Positions 23,312 through 34,150 are shown, counted from the stretch's first letter. The stretch: DNA of 38,130 bases from Octopus bimaculoides (GCF_001194135.2 NC_068981.1:146543682-146581811), one strand, 5' to 3'. The notes: generated from the sequence alone by a model not told the origin. Numbers and translations: made by a program.

Positions 23312-24050
23312 TTCATACGCTTCCACCAATGTAGACGAGGATAGCAAGGAAAAGAGGAACAAACTGTTTCCAAACATAACTTCCTCGCGATCCTCAACGA
23401 CTTCAGCACCCGCCTGGGACAAAGAGATGCTGCTCGCTTCGGCTTCGGTGATTAAACTAATGACAATGAGACATGACTTGAACTGATAAAAGACTACCCT
23501 TTGCTCGCCTCCAATTCGCTGCACGAAAAGAAAATTGAGGCTCAGGAGTGGCTGTGTGGTAAGTAGCTTGCTTACCAACCACATGGTTCCGGGTTCAGTC
23601 CCACTGCGTGGCACCTTGGGCAAGTGTCTTCTACTATAGCCTCGAGCCGACTAAAGCCTTGTGAGGGGATTTGGTAGACGGAAACTGAAAGAAGCCCGTC
23701 GTATATATGTATATGTATACATATGTGTGTGTGTGTTTGTGTGTCTGTGTTTGTCACCCCGCAACATCGCTTGACAACCGATGTTGGTGAGTTTACGTCC
23801 CCGTAACTTAGCGGTTCGGCCAAAGAGACCAATAGAATAAGTACTAAGCTTACAAAGAATAAGTCCTGGGGTCGATTTGCTCGACTAAAAGGCAGTGTTC
23901 CAGCATGGCCGCAGTCAAATGACTGAAACAAGTAAAAGAGTAAAAGAGTAAGATCTGGACGTGTCTTTCGCTCCATAAAACTAAGGATCAAATTGATTTC
24001 ATTTTTATCTGTATGAAATGAGGGAACATCATTCTCTACTCATAAACCTA
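23312..24050 (+). mobile_element. RTE/RTE-X LINE APE endonuclease fragment, split by a SINE
   Basis: SYASTNVDEDSKE..KHNFLAILNDFSTRLG..NDNE..LIKDYPLLASNSLHEKK [SINE] WTC..TKDQIDFIFI; GDFNAR and QIDYI-like motifs. Confidence 0.75.
23541..23951 (+). mobile_element. Octopus-type tRNA-derived SINE (family B), near full length
   Basis: Head ggctcaggagtggctgtgtggtaagtagc...gggttcagtccc, central TA/TG tract, tail gactgaaacaagtaaaagagtaaaagagtaa. Confidence 0.9.
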
Positions 24051-24055
24051 CTTTT

Positions 24056-24300
24056 TCTAGAGATACTGTTTGCAGTTTATTGCAAATGTTGCAGTCACTA
24101 TTTGTTGGTATATTTCAAGGGCATCCTGGGTAGTCCATCGAGCAAAGTCACAGTCAGTCCCATTCTCCGCGAGATCCTTCTGCATCTGTCTTCACCATGT
24201 GGCATGCGACCGACCAACATAAGCTGTCAACGCAGCCGGATCCTCAGCGAAGAGAACATGGTGAGTAGGGTTTAACTGCAGGTGGGAGGCTATCATTTAC
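24056..24300 (-). mobile_element. RTE-X-like LINE 3' end
   Basis: PTHHVLFAEDPAALTAYVGRSHATW*RQMQKDLAE.MGL..ARWTTQD resembles PAHRILSAxDPxGWxRPxGRPHATWLRQ. Confidence 0.65.
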
Positions 24301-24302
24301 AG

Positions 24303-24653
24303 CAGTGGTTCTCAACCAGATCTATATGGCCCCTGGGGGGGAGGTCCATATAAGATTTGGGTGGGGGTGGGGGTTCCATGTAACAAAATAGTTAATTGGG
24401 ATCCACAATAGGGCCTGAAAAATTTTGTTTTAGATGCATGTGTTGGTATGTATTGCAGGAAATAGCGAGGTTTCTTTCCTAAACGTTTTACGTAGTTCAA
24501 CCTACACAAGTTAATGTGTGAAAAACAAAATAAGAATTTTGAAAGAAGTTTCTATAAAACTAGTTTTTAAACATTGAATGGCTATGGGGTCCACCAGAAT
24601 AAAATAGTAATCAAAGGAATCCATAGATATAAAACGATGGTTGAGAACCCCAG
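24303..24653. mobile_element. hAT MITE with perfect 8-bp TSD
   Basis: TIRs cagtggttctcaacca and tggttgagaaccccag; TSD atttacag at 24295-24302 and 24654-24661. Confidence 0.92.
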
Positions 24654-25226
24654 ATTTACAGTAAAGAGAACAAAACAGACCCAATGACGAATGTTAATGA
24701 AATCTGGCCAAAGCAAAGAGGCGAGCGACAACGAAATTTGACTGATTTTTTTTTTCTTTTTTGGCTTACAACATAAAATGCGTTAGCACTAACTCAACTA
24801 TTGTGCTGTTTATATTATATTTTATTATATGTATATTTATACCATTGTTTGTTTATTTTCCGCACAATCTTAAACGCTAGCAAAAAATAATAATAAATGC
24901 TTAACCCATACCGCTCCATGCCACCATTTCACTATCTAAATACCAACTAGAAATCTAATACTGTTGCTGACATGTTGAAATTCTTGGAACAGCTTGTTTA
25001 TTTGTCCATTAAAACTGAGACCTGTTACAACATTGGAATAAGTGGTGAGAGAACAGGAGTGAGCGTATGGGTGTGTAGGTGGGCGCGTGTGTGCATGTGT
25101 GTATGTGCATGTATATATGCATATATATATATATGTCTGTATGCATATGCATATATAGAAATATGCAAATACATATAGGTATCTACATACATATACATAC
25201 ACACACATGAGTGTGCATTTATATAC

Positions 25227-25256
25227 ACAGAGAGAGAGATAGACAGGAAAAGACAG

Positions 25257-25333
<77 letters not shown>
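25227..25333. repeat. (GA)n microsatellite
   Basis: Directly visible. Confidence 0.95.
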
Positions 25334-26698
25334 GGTGACAAATGAGAAAACGAGAGCGTGAGAAAATGATTGTGTGTGTCCGGTGTGTATTTATGTCCCT
25401 GTATGTTTATGTGTGGAATTCTATGTGTGCTTGCATGTGTATGTGGGTGTTTGTGTGTATATGCCGTGTTAGGCGGTGTTTACATATGCATTATGTCAAT
25501 TGTAAGCGTTTATCTCCGTGTATACAAGTGTTAGTATATGTTCATATATCATGTATGTATATTTATATCAATTTATATATTCATGTGGGTGTTTACATCG
25601 ATTTGTATCTGTGTGTGTGAGTGTGTATGTGTGTGCCTGTGTATGAGTGTCTATGATTGCGGATATTATATTATAAAAAAAAGATTCACTATTTTAACTA
25701 TTTTTTGTAATCATTTTTTGTTGACGTCTTTTTTATTCTCTTTTATTTATTTATTTATTTATTTATTTATTAACCAGAGCTGTATTTTCTTGGCTAAGTG
25801 ACTTTCTGAACGTATATTTAAACTGAAATAATGACATAGTGACAGAATTGTTATAGCCATCTAAAATATATAAATGTCATTATATTAATATTGAAGTTAT
25901 TACAATAACTATAATTAAACAAATCTAAATCGGTATCGATATGGTAAACCTTGTTGGACAATGTTCAAGTAAGCCAAACATAAGGGAACGCCTAAGTTCC
26001 CAATTAATTGAAAATAGATAAATTGGTGACAATGAATGTTTAACGTTTGAAGGCTGAGTTGATAAATAATGGCGGTTTGAGTAAGGCTGCGTGTATAGAT
26101 AAAGGAAAGACGAGGAAACCAAGATTAAGTGCGACGATTTATTCAACCCGTTAAAAACATTAACACGGCAAAGCTGTTGAGATACATCTTGAAAGGACGG
26201 CTAGAATATATACACAATGGTTTAACAAGCAGTTGGTACATAATGATGATGTATGCGGTGTAGAATAGGAAAACAAATACGACACAACTTCTGCTGGAGG
26301 ACAGGAACAAACGTACGTGTCAAAGGATAGCTGAAGATGCCTGCGAAATAAAATTTGTTCTCTGCCGAAGATCCGAACTCGCTCTAGACGACCTACCTCA
26401 CTGAGGAAAATAACGGAAAGACTCCTCCTATATAGCTGGCAGTGGCGCGCTTGGCTGGTTTGTCACATGATGGGGTGGACAGCCCGAGTAAAGCTAGAGA
26501 GACTCGACCATTACGTAATGAGCTCAAATGTGGGTACTTAAAGGTAAGGAACCAAACTGTGAACATGCTTCTGCTACAAATAGGTGGAGCGGTTGAAGTT
26601 GTTTCATGTTTAGTGGACACTAGTGACAAAGTCTCCGATCATGTTTCCGTACTATCAGACGTCTTCAGTGAAGCATAATGATAAAGATGAGTCGCAGA

Positions 26699-26859
26699 GA
26701 GAGAGAGCATGTCTCTGATAAGAGTTTTCAACACCTTTGCCCTCGATCTGAGGCAGACGAGGTTGAACAGCCTGCCGTCCCATCTGGTGCGCAGGAAGAT
26801 CCCCACCTCCCTGTTGCAGTGCCGAATGTGTGCTTTAAGTGCACAGCGAAGAAAATCCC
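26699..26859 (-). mobile_element. RTE-BovB LINE RT fragment (inverted 5' part of the insertion)
   Basis: GIFFAVHLKHTFGTAT / GIFLRTRWDGRLFNLVCLRSRAKVLKTLIRDML, the BovB RT segment just before FADD. Confidence 0.88.
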
Positions 26860-27140
26860 AGGGATGTTGTAAAAAGAGCTTTGAAAACCCTTGTCATCAA
26901 CGTTGAGTCCTGGGAAAGCCTCGCAGCTGACCGGCCAACATGGAAAAGAGGCTAATGAGCACAGCAGCAGACAAGCGAGTCAGGCAAAAAGAGCACAGTG
27001 ACTCCAACAGACCTAAGACCGTATACAAATGTGCTCTATGTGACAGAGACTGTCACTCATGTATAGGTCTGTTTAGCCACCGGAGACACTGAACGTAACA
27101 AGGCTACTGCCCATGGTCAGCTCTGACCGAAGGAGGCCCT
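26860..27140 (+). mobile_element. RTE-BovB LINE 3' end
   Basis: VINVESWESLAADRPTWKR..AADKRVRQKE..RPKTVYKCALCDRDCHSCIGLFSHRRH; 3' end cccatggtcagctctgaccgaaggaggcc; flanking TSD gagtcgcaga. Confidence 0.9.
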
Positions 27141-27699
27141 AAAAATAAAGAGTCGCAGAAACTATTTATACAGATATGCAAATATGCAAGGGAAACAGGC
27201 CAATGGCAAGGCAGAGAAAATGCAGTGTGCTAAAGGTTAAACATTATTCAACAATGTTCACCACATCGATACATATTTACACTTGTTTAATTATAGTTAT
27301 TGTGATAACTTCACTATAAATATAATAATGGTATTTATATCTTTTAGATATTCTGTCACTATTTTGTCACTATGCAATTATTTTTCAGTTTAAGCACACT
27401 TCCAGAAAGTCACTTACAAAGCAAATACTACTCTGGCTAATAAATAAATAAATAAATAAATAAATAAAGTCGTCTACAAAAAAACCTACGAGAATAGTTT
27501 AAAATAGTGAATATATTATAATACACTATTCGCGATTATAGACTCTCCCGCACACACATACACACTAACACACACATATATACACACACTCTCAAACACA
27601 CACCTATACACTCAGACACACGATGACGTATACAAATCCACACCAGTTGTTAAGCGGTGAGGATAATAAATAAATACACAAATATACAAAGCGATTCAA

Positions 27700-27830
27700 C
27701 AAAGGAGACCGATAGAATAAGTACTAGACTTAAGGATAAGTACTAGGGGCGATTTGTTCGACTAAAATCCCTTCAAAGCAGTGCTCCAGTTTCGTCGTAG
27801 TCCAAGGACTGAAACAAGAGATAAAAGATA
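27700..27830 (+). mobile_element. Family B SINE 3' half
   Basis: gagaccgatagaataagtac...gatttgttcgactaaaatcccttcaaagcagtgctccag...gactgaaacaagagataaaaga. Confidence 0.75.
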
Positions 27831-27860
27831 TACAGAGGCAAATTGACCGAATCGCTAGTG

Positions 27861-28163
27861 TAGTGGTTCCCAAAGTGGGCGGTACTGCCCCCCGCCTGAA
27901 GGCAGTGGAAAGATCCAGGGGGAAGGCAGTGGAAAGATCCAGGGGGAAGGCATTGAAGAAAAGTGGGGCGATAATAGAGTAGCCGAAAGGGGACAAAGGA
28001 TGTAAAAAAAAGAAAATAATGGATTAATTAGGTTAAGTTTTATTTGTGAAATACAGTTATTTTGAATTTGATGCAGAAAGGGGTTTACGTTTATGGTGGC
28101 AAATAGGCGGGAGGAGCTAGGGTTCCAAGCGGGGCGGCACCCGAAAAAGTTTGAGAACCATTA
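27861..28163. mobile_element. hAT MITE with internal 24-bp tandem duplication
   Basis: TIRs tagtggttcccaaagt and agtttgagaaccatta; TSD cgctagtg / cgctagaa (6 of 8 match); gaaggcagtggaaagatccagggg present twice. Confidence 0.85.
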
Positions 28164-28574
28164 CGCTAGAACATTCAGTAAAATGCTACACGGACACGGT
28201 TTTTGTTCCGACTCACTGCATTTTAAGTTCAAGTCCCAGTGAGGTTAACTTTGTCTTTCAATCATTCAAGATTGATAAATAAAGTACCTATAGAAGATGT
28301 TGGATTAATGGAATTGGTAGAATGTCTGACGGTAGCTTTGGGATATCTGTGCTGGCCCTATTGCGTTCTGATGGCAACGCCTGCGGCAATACTTGTGCCG
28401 AATTATAACGGCCTGAGTCTTTTCCTTGAACAACATCGACGGTGTCGACAGAAGAGACCGGCATACGTGGCCAACGGTTTGTCGTTCATAGAAAGTAATA
28501 AACCTGCCCAAGTTTGCTCATACAGGTGCAGATGAAGGGTTAATCCTGACAGACTGAGGTCCTGTCTTTTAACT

Positions 28575-28862
28575 TTTAATTGTTTTAGTCATTAGATTGC
28601 GGCCATCCTGGGGCACTGCCCTGAAGAACTTTGAGTTGAATGAATCGACTCCAATAGTTTTTTTTCTTTTTTTTTTTTATCCTGGTACTTATTCTATCGA
28701 TCTGTTTTGCCGAACCGCTCAGGTACAGTTCTGAAGGGTTTAGTCGAACAAATCGCCCCCAGTACTTATTTTTGAGTCTGATACTTATTCTATCAGATTT
28801 TGCAGTCGAACCTCTAAGTTACAGGGATGTAAACAAAACATCACCGGTTGTCAAGCGATGGA
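28575..28862 (-). mobile_element. Family B SINE 3' half with internal duplication
   Basis: The segments tacttattctatc...ccgaacc and gaag..tttagt(c/t)gaa...aatcg each occur twice. Confidence 0.7.
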
Positions 28863-28869
28863 GACCAAA

Positions 28870-29250
28870 CATATAGTCAGAATAGTTGGTTGAAGTTTGT
28901 TTTTCATGGGTTCGCAGGTGAGATTTGAGGCCAGCCACAGACAGGCATGGTCTGTCACAGACTGTGCACACAAAAAGGTCCTTGTCATTCACCTTCTCGA
29001 TCTTTACATTCTTCCTTAAATATCTTTTGAGTCTTGCTTGCGTTATCCTGGCCTCTTCAAACGCTTTCATTCCATTCCACACTTTTGTTCGCCATCCAAC
29101 TCGATCTGAAGCGAGGGTTTCTATATCTTCTGGAACCATTCCAAGTGATTTCATAATAGTCCTTAGGCCACCCTTAAACATTTTTTTAGGTTTATGCCGA
29201 TAGCGTTTCCCCTCTGCAAACTCACCATAAAACAGCTGTTTTATGGTGTC
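28870..29250 (-). mobile_element. RTE-BovB-like LINE 3' fragment with terminal C2H2-like finger
   Basis: KQLFYGEFAEGKRYRHKPKKMFK..IETLASDRVGWR..FVCTVCDRPCLSVAGLKSHLRTH. Confidence 0.88.
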
Positions 29251-29539
29251 ACATACATACATACATACATATATACATACATATGTTTGTGTGTGTGTGT
29301 GTGTGTGTGTGTAAAATTTAATTAATGACAAAGGACAAGAAATTATGCAATGAACTCCATTAGCTCACAGCTATTTCTGCTATAAGATGCAGAGCACTCA
29401 GAGCTGAGAGCATGTGCATACTCGACTGGTGATTTATTCTGAAGCATATCTTCATGTGCGTGCGCGCGTGTGTATGTGTGTTTACGCACACAATGAATTT
29501 CGACATAGTTTCCGCCTACCAAATTCACCAATAATAAAG

Positions 29540-29645
29540 CATTGTCCACCTAGAAAACATTTGCCCAAAGTGCTACACAGTGGGACTGAACTTGTAACTA
29601 TGTGGTTGCAAAGTAAACTTCTTAAACACACAGCCATGTCTGTAT
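29540..29645 (-). mobile_element. Family B-like SINE head
   Basis: Reverse complement acagacatggctgtgtgtttaagaagtttactttgcaaccacatagttacaagttcagtcccactgtgtagcactttgggcaa. Confidence 0.7.
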
Positions 29646-30479
29646 CTATATACAGAAGAATAACCTATGGATATCATCTACATCGAAAACCACCAACTAA
29701 GTAAGAGCTAGCACGTTATTTCACTCTTATTTTGTAACAGTATTTTATACACCAAAATGTCAAGTTAATATTGTCGTACATCTAAGACCTATCACTAACA
29801 CGCTTTTTTCCATACGGTTTCTGTCAAGAAAAAAGGACTCTCTCCTTGCACTTCGTAGGTTCTGTGATAACTAATCAAATTGATGCGGTTGATGTTCAGT
29901 TTGAATAGCTGCAAGTCATCACTTGCGGGAAAAACAGGGGTGAGAAAGGTACTCCAGAGGGTTGGCCGCCTGAGGATAAAGGTCTGAAAATGTTGCTAGT
30001 AACGGGATTAGGATTTGAGGCACATGTTGGATGACGGGATGAGATAAGCTGGCTGTATCAGCAGTGATACTCAACTAGCTAGGTCTCCGAAGACGAGGCT
30101 TTATACTAACGATTGAATAATCATGGTGACAGATATGTTTGCTGACTCCAGGTAGGTTACTGAGTTCTTCCAGCTCAGCTGGGTGGATTTCTTTTCAGTA
30201 ACGGTTTTCAATATGTGACAGCAACGCCATTACTGGATAGAATAAAGATAAGCGCTGTTTTCAAAGATAAGGATACAGTGAGTCTATTAAATCAATGATA
30301 TTTATTTATTTTATTGCCCCTGGAACGATAAAAGCAAAGTTGATTCAAGCAGATGACTGCAATTCAATAATATTTTCTCACATAAATATGAAGCTTCAAA
30401 TGATATTGTTAACACTTTGCTTTTGAGTAAGATATCTGTCGCTTGAAATTAGCTATCATCGGTTAGATTACCCTGAAAA

Positions 30480-32000
30480 CTGCTCAGGTGGTTACAAAGC
30501 TATATTCAAGGAAGATCCATCAGGCCAATTTTCTGATCTGTCAACTCACAAACGTCGAATGCACAAGATCCAATAATTGATCTGTTTTTATCCTCAGTTT
30601 TCACTAGGGATCTTTTATCGTCTTCAAGAATTAACTGTTTCTGAACATTGATGATTGCACGCTATTTCAACCAATAAAATATAATCAGCAGATAAAAGTG
30701 ACCTTGTAGCAGATAGCTGTGACCTTGTCAGGATGAAAGCCAGAGCAGATGACTAGAAATTAACATTTGAGATATCAAACAACAAATCAAGGAAAAGACC
30801 ATCAAACCGTAAATTGCCCTTTGGAAATTGTAAGCTGTTTGTGAAAAAGCAACTTGAAATTCTTGGTATTGCTATTGGCAACGAACTTGCGTAAGAAGAG
30901 TATGTTTCCAACAGTTTTGACAGAAATACACAGATTTTTGTGCATGCGCGCGTGCGTCTGTGTGTGGGGGGGGTGGAGGTGCGTGCGTGCATGCTTCGCC
31001 ATAGAAAACCGCTTAACAGAACAGAATCAATGTCTACCTATAAAAATCTGAAATACCATAGATAACAAACGTGTCTCTTGGATCAACGCTTCATATAACA
31101 TATTCACTGAGAAGAAGGAAGCCTTTATATCGTTGTTCGATCTGCTATGAATAGCAGCCAAATGTCCTCAAATATCGTTTAAACATAAAAGATATACAAC
31201 TTGCTAGCTGTCGGAGGAAGAAGCTTTGTAGTAGCAATAGAATAATTACGGTTGAAGGGAACATATTTGCTGACTAGAGGTTTGTCAGTGAGTCTTTGCT
31301 GATGGTCACGACTGGAATGCTTTTGATCATAAACCCACCCGATCAGAGTAGACCTAGAGCTGAACAACAGCGACAACAATAATCTTCTAGAAATTGCAGC
31401 CAGATCTCCTTTGAATCACAAGCTATCCAGTTAAATAGAGAAGGAAGCATTGAATAATGCAGTTCTAAATCCATTATGTCTGAAAAAGTATGATGGTCAT
31501 GGCTGAAACGCCTTTCATCATAGCAGAAATGAAGACTAGACAACAATCCATCAATCAATCTTGACGGGTGACTTGCCCAGACCAATACAACTTTTCCACG
31601 TTAGGCGTCTTGATCGAGCGATGAGACATGATTGTCTGACCTGAATTTTAGACACACTGATCTTCTGCTAGCTAAAATATCTGATCCGCGCACACAGCTA
31701 CAGAAGAAAGCAGTAGTTCACTAACTGAACTGGTTGATCCTAGCCGTTGCTAAGTTGTTTGTTCATCCGCTCAACATCTAATGATAATTCGGCATTGATT
31801 CAGTAATTTCATTTGCTGAAATAGTTAAAATCCACCATGCTGCAACCCATGATTTCAGCATGGTGGTTTCATTCTATTTAATCCAAAGCTGAGACCCTCA
31901 GAGTAAACTAAGGAACAATAGTTGCTTAGAAGTGATTTCACACTCTGCAAAACTCTGGAACTCCTGAACCAGACTCTCATTACATTAAGCAACAACTGAA
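30480..32000 (+). mobile_element. CR1/L2-group LINE RT 3' region, highly degraded
   Basis: LNIDDCTLF (FADDCTL-like); SRKRPSNRKLPFGNCKL..LEILGIAIGNEL; VSWINAS; ..KLWNS near 31955. The downstream extent is uncertain. Confidence 0.55.
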
Positions 32001-32445
32001 TTCATTTTTTTTTTTAAATCACGATAACTGAAGCTAGTAAAACTAAGGTTGCAAAACTAAAAGGCTTGTCGTCAGTAATTTACTTGAAGGAAATGATAAG
32101 TTGCTGTATCAACAGTTTTCTGCCAACTTAACGATGACTAACATATTTATTCTGTGTATTTTCCAACAGATTCGAATGCAAATAAGCTAATCACTGTTGT
32201 GTTCGTCACAGAACAGCTTCTCCTTTTCAATGTATATTTGTAATATATTGGTTTCATAAGTACAAGGGATTCTGCGATACCAGTGTTTAGACATGTTATA
32301 TCTCGTCAGCCCAACGAACATTTTGTTCGCTGATCCGTGCTGATATCTTCCAACCGGTAATAAATCGTTATTTGTTCGACGAACAGCGACAGTCAAAACG
32401 ATGACTTGCATAGTTATTCTGTTCTAGTTATACTGTTCCAGTAAA

Positions 32446-32519
32446 TTTAGCACGCCGGACAAAATGCTTAGTGGTATTTCATCTGTCTTTACGTTCTGAG
32501 TTCAAATTCCGCTCGAGTC
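32446..32519 (+). mobile_element. Family A SINE fragment
   Basis: ttagcacgccggacaaaatgcttagtggtatttc...gttctgagttcaaattccgc. Confidence 0.75.
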
Positions 32520-32529
32520 AAGGCATAGA

Positions 32530-32965
32530 ATGCAACCCCCAATATCAGCAGCGAGGCCCGACAGCATATGCTGGATTACTCCTGCTACATCATGCTGGTT
32601 CCATACCCCTTTGAGCAACATTAAAATTCACTCATCTGTCCACAAACACTCTCCATGCTTTCCTATAATTTATAAACTCTCTTGCCTCTCTCACTCCAAC
32701 ATCTCTAACCACCAAAGCTTTCCTCATTCCATCCACCTACACAAACCGAAGTCTGCCTCTGGTTCTGTTGCCTACTACTTCAGCCTTCATCACCCTCCTT
32801 ACCATCCTCTCCGTGGGGCCAAACTACCTCAACATTCGTCTATCCAATTTGGTTGTTAGCTTTTCTCTCATTCCTGCTGGTCTTCGCACCTCCTCGTTCC
32901 TCAGCTTGTCCATCCACGTCACACCAACCATAGCCCTCAGACATCTCATCTCAAACAACCTGTAG
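32530..32965 (-). mobile_element. RTE-clade LINE 3' fragment
   Basis: FEMRCLRAMVGVTWMDKLRNEEVRR..RMLR*FG..ERM..VGNRTRGRLRF..VDGMRKAL..WRVFV. Confidence 0.88.
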
Positions 32966-32989
32966 CTTTCTGTGAATGTCGGACTGTAC

Positions 32990-33185
32990 GCAACCCTTCC
33001 TTCGTCAAGAATTCAATGATGGCACGCACGTTGATTCTGCTTAGACCTCGTTATTTGCATGCAAGGGAAAACTGAAAGAGGTACTATACACGAAGTGTTA
33101 TTCTACAATCACGCACAATTTGGACGACTTACATCAGTTAATAAAGCAGTTACGTCCTCTTTTGCATTATTTTCTGTTCAACCCT
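32990..33185 (+). mobile_element. RTE-BovB-like RT fragment
   Basis: ..MQGKTERGTIHEVLF.. resembles RLQAKTKV..RELLFADD; heavily degraded. Confidence 0.5.
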
Positions 33186-33404
33186 CGTATTAATGGATTC
33201 CATGGATAATTACTTTACATTGGAGACACCAGCGAAGGAGGATTTATACATCTAAATTTTCTTAGACTGCTCCATACCGTCTTAAAACAGGAAGGATACA
33301 TTACACAGATTAGTCCTGCTTATACAAAAACATGGTTGGAAAGCTTTTGGTAACAGGTTTGTTTGATCAGGACTGATCTGGAGCTAAACAACAGCAACAT
33401 TATA

Positions 33405-33800
33405 AATCATCATCGTCGTTTAACGTCCGCTTTCCATGCTAGCATGGGTTGGACGATTTGACTGCGGACTGGTGAACCAGGAGGCGACACCAGGCTCCAA
33501 TCTGATTTGGCAGAGTTTCTACAGCTGGATGCCCTTCCTAACGCCAACCACTCCGAGAGTGTAGTGGGTGCTTTTACGTGCCACCGGCACGAGGGTCAGT
33601 CAGGCGGTACCGGCGACGGCCACGCTCGAAATGGTGTATTTTACGTGCCACCTGCACAGGAGCCAGTCTATCGGCACTGGCAAATGTCTTTTCATGTGTC
33701 ACTGGCACAAGTGTCAGGAAGGCGACGTTGGTAACGATCACGCTGGTGCTATTTACGTGCCACCGGCACGGAATCCAGACAGCTGCTCTGGCAACGATCG
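33405..33800 (-). mobile_element. Octopus RTE-tailed SINE-like element with internal tandem units
   Basis: Plus strand starts atcatcatcgtcgtttaacgtccgctttccatgctagcatgggttgg (an ATG/GAT-type tail on minus). The unit tttacgtgccacc(g/t)gcac recurs at about 33570, 33640 and 33750. Confidence 0.7.
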
Positions 33801-33806
33801 CTGATA

Positions 33807-34150
33807 TTTGACAGTGTTAAAAGTGATTGGCGTGGTGTTTGATAGCATCTCCAGTGGATAGTATCTGACACTGTCTGCAGAGAATACTGTTTGACAGTGT
33901 CTATAATGGATGGTGTTTGACAGTGTCTATAATGGATGGTGTTTGATAGTGTCTACAGTAAATGGTATTTGACAGTGCCTCCAGTGGAAGGTATTTAACA
34001 GTGCCTGTAGAGATTGGTGCTTGATGGCGTCTATAGTGAAAAATGTTTGACTGGTGTCTAACAGTGTTTACAACAGGTAGTGTTTCATAGGGTCTACAAA
34101 TATATGCAGTTTGATACTGTCTACAGTGGATAGTGGTTGATAGTGTCTGC
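33807..34150. repeat. 26-bp minisatellite, about 13 degenerate units
   Basis: Identical units tttgacagtgtctataatggatggtg at 33890-33915 and 33916-33941, with variant units on both sides. Confidence 0.9.

Larger units (their letters stand above)
25605..27640. repeat. Long inverted repeat (foldback): arms about 25605-25968 and 27238-27640
   Basis: The reverse complement of the right arm aligns with the left arm, e.g. gaagttat(t/c)acaataactataattaaacaa, taagtgactttctg, catagtgaca, attcactatttt, with matching (ATTT)n/(AAAT)n and TG/CA tracts. Confidence 0.85.

Noticed and set aside
23541-23620. tRNA genes
   Set aside because: tRNA-like A/B boxes here and elsewhere are SINE heads; no complete cloverleaf was found.
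24121-24260. Plus-strand candidate exon ending ATG|GTGAGT
   Set aside because: Better explained as the antisense of an RTE-X 3' end; exonisation cannot be excluded without transcripts.
25952-27253. Solo LTR with TGTTG...CAACA ends
   Set aside because: The flanks give no TSD (aacct versus atgtt), and the inverted match continues several hundred bp outward, so these are the inner parts of long inverted arms.
28340-28560. Possible LINE endonuclease fragment
   Set aside because: Only a GVAI-like tetrapeptide; too weak.
29840-30240. Possible minus-strand L2/CR1 RT relic (DDLQLF)
   Set aside because: One short motif only; not enough to annotate.
31832-31866. 11-bp hairpin ccaccatgctg / cagcatggtgg
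   Set aside because: Short and lies within degraded LINE sequence; no functional context.
33807-34150. CRISPR-like array
   Set aside because: Head-to-tail units without unique spacers, in a eukaryote with no cas genes; it is a minisatellite.
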